From NCBI RefSeq assembly GCF_026210795.1, contig NC_089434.1:1922001-1986000 (forward strand): a stretch of DNA of 64,000 nucleotides, read 5' to 3'. Positions 54,747-64,000 of this stretch are shown here, piece by piece. Each line of letters begins with the position of its first letter. Positions within the stretch are counted from its first letter, which is position 1. The DNA comes from Rhizophagus irregularis (Eukaryota). A program made the position numbers and the translations under genes. The notes beneath the pieces were generated by a model. It saw only the letters and a list, made by a program, of their open reading frames with translations. It ran no database searches and was not told the DNA's origin.

Positions 54747-56998
54747 ATGTCTACTATTCGAGAAGAATTGGTTTATGCAGCAATTCATAAATCAGACTCG
54801 TTAATTGATTATAACATTCATGATGATTTTCACAAGCAATTTGAATTTAAAAAACAAACAATTCTTGCTAATAATTCTCTTACAGATGATGAAAAAACTG
54901 AAGCAATAAAAATATTAAATATTGATTATGATCGAAATAAAGTTAGAAGGAATGAAGGAACAAGAAGAATTTGTGAAAATTGTAATCAAGAATGTTTAGC
55001 TACATTATATTGTGAATTTTGTGTTCGAAATTATTTAAAATTAAAATTTTCAAATTGGACATCTGGGAATGATAATATAGATAATTTAATACAAAAATGT
55101 CAAATGGAAACTTATGTACCATATAAAATAATTGAATGGATTCCATATGATAATTTAGAAGACATTAAATATCTAACAAAAGGTGGATTTTCTGAAATTT
55201 ATACAGCAATTTGGATTGATGGAAGATGTGATGAATGGGATTCTAAAGAACAAAGATTAATAAGATTTGGATCTATCAATGTAGTTCTTAAAAGCTTAGA
55301 AAATGTTGAAAGTGCAAATCAAAGTTGGTTTGAAGAGGTTTGTAGTTAAAATTATTTTAATGTAATTAAAATTAATAGATTTTTATGTATTTGTAAATTA
55401 TTATAGGCTAAATCACATTTAACTATAAGTAATATATATGAAGATGTTGTTGGGTGTTTTGGTTTAACACAAAATCCATCAAATAAAATTATATGCTTGT
55501 AATAAGAAAAAAGGATGTTGATTTGAGAAATTATTTACAACAAAATCATAATCTACTCACATGGAAAGAAAGAATTAGCATTATATATGAAATAACTAGT
55601 GCACTTTATTTTATTCATAAAGAAAATGCAATTCATAGAGATTTGCATTCTGGAAATATATTATACTCAAAATTTAATGATTCTTGGTATATTAGTGATC
55701 TTGGATTTTGTGGACCTGCTGATAAATCATCAAAAAGCATATATGGAAATCTTCCTTACATAGCACCTGAAGTCATTATTGGAAAGGATTATACTTTTAA
55801 ATCTGATATTTATACTATAGCAATTCTTATGTGGGAAATTTCTTCTGGACAACTACCATTTATTAATTATAAATATGATGATTATGATCTTGCAATGGAT
55901 ATAATTAATGGTATGAGGCCGGAAATTGTTTTAGAAATTCCTTTAGAATATAAAAAATTAATGGAACAATGTTGGGATGCTGATCCATCAAGAAGACTTG
56001 ATATTATTACACTTGATGAAAAAATAGGTGAAATTCATTTATTGTATCAAAGTAAACCAGATGAGTTAACTCTTCAATCAAATGTAAATAGTAATGACTT
56101 AGAGATGAATAAGACAAATATGAATTATACAAGTAGCAGATTATTTACAACTAAAGTTTATCAATTTGAAAATTTTCCTGAACCAAGAAATGCAACAAAA
56201 GGTATTTATTAGTTTGATTTATTGAATTTTAATTTAAAATATATGCTTCATATAATGCAACTAATGTGTCTTTTTTTTAAAATATCAACATCAATAGAAG
56301 AACAAAAAGGTTTGAATTAATAATTTTCTATTTAAAAAATTATTTTTAATTATAAATTTTTTTTTTTAATGTTTCAATTTTTTTATAGCATTTTATAGTA
56401 AATCATATAACTTCACTATTCCCTACAATGGTAAATATTTATCAGTTTGTATAAATTGCAACAAGATATTAATTAAATTTTGTTTTTAGTTGATGATTTT
56501 GATAGTCAGATTTCCAAAGGTAATTTTATTTTATATAAAATTTTTTTATTTATTGAACTCAATTAAATGAATAAGTATTTATTTATTTATAGATAATAGT
56601 AAAAGTGAATTATCCAAAGAATTTATTAAGTTAAAAATAAATGGTAAGTATAATTAATTTTATTCCTCACTAACTGCAAGAGTCTAATTAAATAAGTGCA
56701 TATATATAAAGATATTCAAACCGATTATAATGAAGAAAAAATAATGCCACAGCGTATTGTTATTGATGGTATAATTTAAATTTGTTATTTAGGCCTTTAA
56801 AATATAATAAAGATTAATATTAAAAAATTTATTTTTTTTGTGTAGATGGAGATGAGATGTATAATGATCCAAATCTTCATTCAGAAGAACAAGATGAATT
56901 GGAAATACCTGATGGTAAGAATTGATTTCTCTAAAATTTAGTAGAATACTTTATTTTAATTCACTAAAATATTTTATAAATGAATTTTAGATCTTTAG
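54747..56998 (+). pseudogene. TKL-type kinase paralog 3 with a 1-bp frameshift in exon 2 (young pseudogene or assembly error)
   Basis: Exon 1 54747-55337, intron 55338-55406, exon 2 from 55407. The distance to the conserved Met is 86 nt versus 87 in the three paralogs, giving TAA at 55500-55502. Downstream kinase motifs and micro-exons are intact to TAG at 56996-56998. Confidence 0.8.
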
Positions 56999-58157
56999 AT
57001 TGTTTAAATATGAGTGATTTTTTTTTACAACTGAAATTTACTATTCTGTCAAAATTTTTTTTATTAACAATTATTTAACACTAAGACTAGAGTAGCAAAA
57101 TCTATTGCAGGTTTCTTAGTTTGTAATTGGATAATTCATCGTTATATTTTTTATCCAACATTAAGATTAGAGTAGCAAAATATTTTGCAAATTTCTTAGA
57201 GTTTGTAATTGTTATAACTTATTAAATAAATATTTATAATGGAAAAATAACATTTTTTTTAATGATTAAACTAATAGTACCAGCTGAAATTATCATAATG
57301 TAGGCTGAAATTATTATGCAAAATCAATTTGGTCTTAACATTAAATTATTCGCTTAAAATTTTCACTTTTCTCAAAAAAGTTTGATATAAAAAAAAGTTA
57401 ATTCTTAATAAACCATTCCAAATTTTACTAATTTTTTTTTTTTGTATAAAATAAATGAATGTTAATTGTAAATTCTATTACAGATTTTGATGGACTAGTA
57501 ATTTTTGTTTAACAGTTATATAATTACAAATTTTTGTTACTGAATAACTTAATCATAATTGTATAACACTAGAATTTTAATATTAATTAATAAAAACTAA
57601 CCCACTTACGTTTAAGTAGAATAATTTCAGCTTGTTAATTTAAAAATTTATACACTTGTTTTTTATATTTAAAGACGCTTTATCAAGTATTTTGAGTAAA
57701 AAGTTCATTTGAAACACATAAAAATTGCAATAACATAGCAGAAATTATTCTATTGAATAAAGAGTAATTATTATGTATAGAAAAATTTAATTTGTGTTTT
57801 TTATGTATAATGTAATAACTATAATTATTCATCACGATATGACAAAAGAATTAATTTAAACAAGACTTGCATAAAAAAAAATAATAAAATATATTTAGCA
57901 AATTTGCAAATATTAATAGTACATTAATACATAACGCTACTACTAAGTAATTTTATGAATTACTGTACGGTACCATTATTAATATGTTTTAAAAATAAAA
58001 AATAGCGACTAGAGATAAGTAATTATCAGTCAAATTGTTTAACCATTATTCTGATACAGCCTGATTCTCGATATGACGAACCATCATAAAACTTTTTTTT
58101 TAATCATATTATTTCATATAAAACTTGATATAATACTATATACTGAACTTTTAAAAT

Positions 58158-59465
58158 TTTATTTTATTTTTATTTTATTTTAAAAAATTTATACAATGAC
58201 GGGAGCCTAACGAGAACATGAGCTAAACAACTAAAGAGATAAAAAAAACCCCAATCTAAATGAAAGAACCAACCTCCACGAAAGCAAGAGATCGTCCTGC
58301 CTGATATTTTGTACAAAACAACAACACTAGGCATGACCAGCACTGTTGAAGAATGGAACAAGAAAAAAAGAAGAAAAAAAAGAAAAAAATACAAAAAAAG
58401 AATTATTATCATCTAAAAAATCTATATAATTATTATATCGCAAAAAGGTGGTCCATTCTCGCGCTCCTGAATGTAAATAATTAGAAGTAATAAGGACAAA
58501 CCACAAAGGAGACGGAAACCTGGTAGAGTGAAGCGTGACCGAGGATCTGGAGGTGAACGGATGTTCACGAGGTGTAATCGGCGGATCGGGGTTAAGAGGT
58601 GAAGGAGTCGCCTCCACGTGAGGGCTCAGAGATGGGTAAGAGTGGTCGAAGATGTACGGTTCTTAGGAGGACGTCTAACATGTCATTTTTTCTTTTAATA
58701 ATACCTTGTGTGCGTTCCCAAGCACGTAGGAGAGAATTGTGTTGAGGCCAAATAGTTTTGTAAAGAATTTGTTGAATAGGCAGAAAAAATTCAAAAATAA
58801 TAGAATGTGTTGATTTCATATTAAAGGTGAACGAATTAACTAAGTCGTACAAACTTTGAGGTACAAGTTGATGTAAAATTAAGTAAATTTCATGAGAGAA
58901 ACCAGAAACGTCATCAAAGAGTGTGTAATGATTAACACTGTCTAGAATAAGGGAGTAAAATTTTTGAGTATGAGAATCAATAAATGAAATAAGGATATTT
59001 TTGTGATTTTTTAAAGTGGAATTAATAAAAGGTATAAGATTGGCACAAAATCCTAAATGATTATTAGTTTCCGGATGGTTTGAGCATATCGGGCAAGGTT
59101 TACCACTGTCCGGGTATAAGTTAGGGTAATGTTTGAGCAGGACATCACCACATGGAAGAATGTAGTTCAAGCTCTTGGTTTTGAAAGCTTGGTATGCTGA
59201 GTTACATTCACTACAGATATCTGAAGTGGAATTATGTTGAATCCAATCTTTTGTAAGCGCCCAATGAATAGAATTAACATCAAAATGTTGAAAAATCGGA
59301 ATAAGTGAAAAATTGCCCAGAAAGTCGTCAAAGACGAAACTATGATCTGTAATTGTGTGAGAGAATTTTCTGACGTCGCGATCAATGGGACCACTATATA
59401 CCGAACTTTTATTGATTTACTATTTACAAAAAAATTCTGAACTGTAATCACGTGGTTGGAATTTC
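58158..59465 (-). mobile_element. 5'-truncated LINE (ORF2 C-terminus, 3' UTR, AAAAT tail)
   Basis: ORF 59170-58592 has CPICSNHPETNNHLGFC (CxxC-x7-H-x3-C) and IWPQHN..WER. A T-rich UTR is followed by an (AAAAT)n tail at ~58158-58182 on the minus strand. Confidence 0.75.
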
Positions 59466-60031
59466 CCATAATTTATGCTGGTTTTGGTGATAATTAAAAT
59501 CTTAATTCCGGCAAAAATTAATATTCTTAATCACATGACAGATTTGTATAGTATATAAAAAAATTTTACATACGAGTTCGATATAGATGGCCTTTTAAAC
59601 TATGTAATTGCTGTTCTTTTCATAAAATAAATAAATAAATAAATAAACCGCGAGTTCGATTAATCATTTTTAACCTGTTGAAAATGAACCATTTTTTTTA
59701 TAAATTTTATCAGTTGATGCAAAACATTGATCTAAATCCTAATTATTAAATAATAGTTATTTTTAAAAAATAGGAGAGGGTGAGAATAAACAAATAATTT
59801 AATGTTAATGTTTCAGCCAGTATTAGAAATATGTTTATTGATCAGTTATATTAAAATAATAAATTACAAACAAAAAAATTTGCCAATATTTTGTTATTTT
59901 AGACTGGGCTGTTAGCGTTAAATTAAACAAAATATATATATATAATAATGAATTCAAGTGGTTAAATAATTTAGTAAAAAGAACTTTTGACAAAATCAAT
60001 TCATAAAAAAATACATCTGCATTTAAATAAC

Positions 60032-62305
60032 CTAGAGGTCTATAAAATTATTATTAAAAAAAAAAATTTAGTAATTTAAAATCATGTAAAATTTGAAAAT
60101 TCTGAAAATTATAAAAATAATTTCTTACCATCAGGAATATTAAATTCATCTTGCTCTTCTGAATGAAAATTTGGATTATTATATATTTCATCTTCATCAT
60201 CTAATAAATAACATCAATTATATATTTTATATATTATATAAAGGGATAAAATAATTTATGTCATAGTAATTGTCATACCATCAATATTAATATGATGTCC
60301 CATCATTCGCTGTGACAATATTTCTTCCCGATTATAATTATTTTGAATATCTAAACAAAAAGGTGTAGAAAGTATTAAAACAATATACTTGCAATTGGCA
60401 AACAATAAAATTAATTTTATTTACCATTTATTTGTAACTCGTTAAATTCCTTAGATAAGTTGCTTTTACTATTATCTAAAAACCATTAAAGTAATGGTCC
60501 ATTTAATTAATCCATAAAAGCGAAATCAAGAACTTTTTTTAGGAAAATTACCTTCAAGAACCCGATTATTAAAATCGTCAACTAAAGAAAAATATTCAAT
60601 CAATATCATTTGATATCATAAATACCATCACACTTCAATATAAATTGATAAATACTTACTATTATAAGGAATGCTAAAGCAATATGATTTACTATGGAAT
60701 GCTTCAGAAAATTAAAAGTATTAACAAATGGAGTAAGAAAATCATTTATAATCAATTAATTTATACCTTCTTGTTCTTCTATTTATTTAAATTAAACAAA
60801 ATCATATTAGTTTTAGAAAATAAATAAAGCAAAATTAAGTAGATAAATATTACCTTCTGTAGCATTTTTTGGTTCAGGAAAATTTTCAAATTGATGAACT
60901 TTACTTTTAAATAATCTGCTACCTGTATAATTACTATTAATTTCATTTATTCCTGAATACTTTTTTGTTTTTGATTGAATTAATTCATCTGGTCTATTTT
61001 GACACAATAAATGAATTTCACTCATTTTATCAAAGAGTGTCTGAGTATCAAGTCTTTCTGATAGATTGGCATTCCAACATTGTTCCATTAAACTTTTATA
61101 TTCCAAAGGAATTTCTGAAACAATTCTTGGTCTTATACCATTAATAATATTTGTTGCAAGATAATAATCATTTTCATAATTTATAAATGGTGGTTGTCCA
61201 GAAGAAATTTCCCACATAAGCATGGCAACACTATATATATCAGATGCTAAGGTATATTCTCTTCCTGCTATAACTTCAGGTGCTATATAAGGAAGATTTC
61301 CATAAATACTTTTAGTTGGTTTATCAGCAGGCCCACAAAATCCAAGATCACTAATATACCAGGAATCATTTATTTCTGAATATAATATATTTCCAGAATG
61401 TAAATCTCTATGAATTGCATTTTCTTCATGAATAGAACAAAGAGCATTAGTTATCTCATATGTAATTTTAATTCTTTCTTTCCAAGTGAGTTGATTATGA
61501 TTTTGTTGCAAATATTTTCTTAAATCAGTATTCATCCTGTCTATTACAAGCATATAATTTCCATTTGATGGATTTTGTGTTAAGCCATTACATCTGACAA
61601 TTTCTTCATACATATTACTTATAGTCAAATGTGATATAGCCTATAACAATTTATAAATCAAATATTAATACCCTGTTTAATCTTAAATATATTTGTATAA
61701 TTTAAATTACAAACCTCTTCAAACCAACTTTGATTTGCACTTTCAACATTTTCTAAACTTTTAAGTACTACATCCATAGAACCACATCTTGTTAACCTTT
61801 TTTCTTTAGAATTCCATTCTTCATATTCTCCATCAATCCAAATTGCTGTATAAATTTCAGAAAACCCACCTTTTGTTAGATATTTAATATCCTTTAAATT
61901 ATCATATGGAATCCATTCAATTATTTTATATGGTACATAAGTTTCCATTTGACATTTTTGTATTAAATTATCTATATTATCATTCCCGGATGTCCAATTT
62001 GAAAATTTTAATTTTAAATAATTTCGAAAACAAAATTCACAGTATAATGTAGCTAAACATTCTTGATTACAATTTTCACAAATTCTTCTTGTTCCTTCAT
62101 TATTTCTAACTTTATTTCGATCATAATCAATATTTAATATTTTTATTGCTTCAGTTTTTTCGTCATCTGTAAGTGAATTATCAACAATGATAGTTTCTAC
62201 CATAAATTTATTTTGTTTGTGGATATCATCATGAACGTTATAATCAATTGACATGTTTGCATTATTAATTGCTGCATAAACCGATTCTCTTTGAATAGTT
62301 GACAT
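60032..62305 (-). CDS. Multi-exon TKL-type protein kinase with Cys-rich N-terminal domain (paralog 4)
   Basis: Exon 1 62305-61715, intron 61714-61641, exon 2 61640-~60854 (HRDLHSGN, DLG, APE); micro-exons; PNFHSEEQDEFNIPD exon; probable stop TAG at 60034-60032. Confidence 0.9.
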
Positions 62306-62730
62306 GATATAAATTTCTTTAGAAGTTTGAAAATATTAAAAAAATGAGTTTTTTAAAAGAAAAGGTAAAAAAAAAAATTATTTGAAACTAAAAAAAAGAG
62401 ATGCAAACGGTGCAAACTTAAATAAAATTATGTATTAGTAATCAAATCGAACGCCAAACTCACCGATCGACCGCGGGCTGGTCAAAATTTGCTAAACCTT
62501 TTTTCCGTTTTCCTCACATTCTATTTTATTTTTTTTTATTTATTTTTTTTAAAAAAATAATAATAAAATAATAATAATAAAATAATAATTAATATTAATT
62601 AAAAAAAAAGAAATAGAAATAAAATATGTAACTATACAGTAGGTTCATTATTTTTTTTTTCTTTAGCCTTATGATTAACCCATAAAAATGTTGATCATCT
62701 TACAGCAATCAAGCTAACCAAAAGTTGGTT

Positions 62731-63019
62731 GGGATCCGTCCAAAATCCCGAAGCTCGGTACAATATAACTCCGACACTCAAAATCCTGACAAAATCTTAA
62801 TCCCAAATTTCATAATCCAAAAATATCATAATCCTATAATACTGAATTTTCTTTTATTAATAAATTTCCAAGATTTTTCATTTCGGTATTTTGAATTTCG
62901 AGCTTATGAAGTATCGGGCTTAGGATTATAACATTTCGGTATTTTTATTTGTTTGGGATTTTGAATATCGGGATATTATACCTTCGGGATTCTGAGCTTC
63001 GGGATTTCGTACCAAACCC
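62731..63019. mobile_element. TIR MITE with 8-bp TSD
   Basis: gggatccgtccaaaatcccgaa...ttcgggatttcgtaccaaaccc; TSD agttggtt at 62723-62730 and 63020-63027; internal aatcccga/tcgggatt motifs. Confidence 0.75.
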
Positions 63020-64000
63020 AGTTGGTTAGTATGATACGCGCGAAATTTTGGGAATAAATAATAAATTATTATCCTAATTACAATTTACAAATAACAACAT
63101 GGCACAAGCATTTTTCAAGAATCTTTTTTTACGCTAATTTTGATAAAGCTAATCTAGGAAAACCGTATTGATTCACTACACCTGTTTTATGTATAAAGGT
63201 ATTTAAAGCAAGAATACTTTTTTTCTAGAACATTAGCTGAGACATGTTTTACTATTCATAATAAAATTTACATTGCGGCGGATTTATGAAATTTGGAAAA
63301 AACCCCTTCTGCGCCCTCGGGAATTAAAATTGACTTACAGAAACGTGATATCGATTAAGCTTTTTCCCTAAAAAATGTCAAAGAATGACGCGCCTTTAAT
63401 ACTAGGAAAATGGGTTAGATAGTAGGAAAATTGGTTAGACGCAAGATTTGGGTACAAAAAAATTTTTGGGCTCATTTTTGACTGCCACTAATAAATTTGG
63501 GGACTTAACAAAAATTTGGTGACTAAAATACTGTCAATAATTTGACATGACAGGAAAATTTTGGGGTATTTCATAAATCCGTGATGATATCATTGGTGCA
63601 TAATTAATAAAATTGAGGTTGTACAGAAAGTTGTTGGGTTCATAAAGTAAAATATGTTAGAATATCCATGAAATGAACATAAGGTAATTTGATAAAATTC
63701 GGTTTTGTCGTCGAAACTACGATTATAATTTCTGAGTAAAAGATTTTATTAAGTATCCATATTAAGTATATCTATGAAAAAAATTTTGAATTTTGGAAAA
63801 ATTAAGAAATAATTTCTGTGACTTCTTCCCAATATTTATAAATCATATGATTTATTTAGTGTAACATAATATTTTCATAATAATTACGTAATATGTGTAA
63901 GCTCCCTTTGCGTTATCAATATTTTGAAGGCTTCAAAAGTCATAAAAAAAAGTGAGATAAAAAAATACAAATTTTTTACAAGCATAAAACTAAACCAAAA

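Overview
Very AT-rich eukaryotic DNA with short (about 60-110 nt) GT-AG introns. The gene families and repeats are typical of an arbuscular mycorrhizal fungus such as Rhizophagus (inference from recalled family motifs, not a database hit). The window holds four paralogous multi-exon tyrosine-kinase-like (TKL) genes with a Cys-rich N-terminus; one carries a 1-bp frameshift. It also holds a kinase-SEL1-repeat gene and its MITE-riddled pseudogene, two small divergent HMG-box-like genes inside a segmental duplication, and a three-exon single-pass membrane protein gene. About a dozen non-autonomous DNA transposons are present, most with readable TIRs and target-site duplications, along with degraded LINE pieces. 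The most unusual observations are (i) a tandem array whose ~102-bp unit is a complete intron-like sequence (GTTTGA...TACTAAC...TAG) plus a ~31-nt non-coding mini-exon, (ii) a 2.5-kb inversion shown by reciprocally swapped TSDs of two inverted MITEs, (iii) a duplicated kinase-SEL1 plus HMG cassette, (iv) mosaic kinase paralogs, and (v) G·U-biased hairpin segments at 12.0 and 13.5 kb. Exon boundaries were read by eye and are approximate for the 3' micro-exons.
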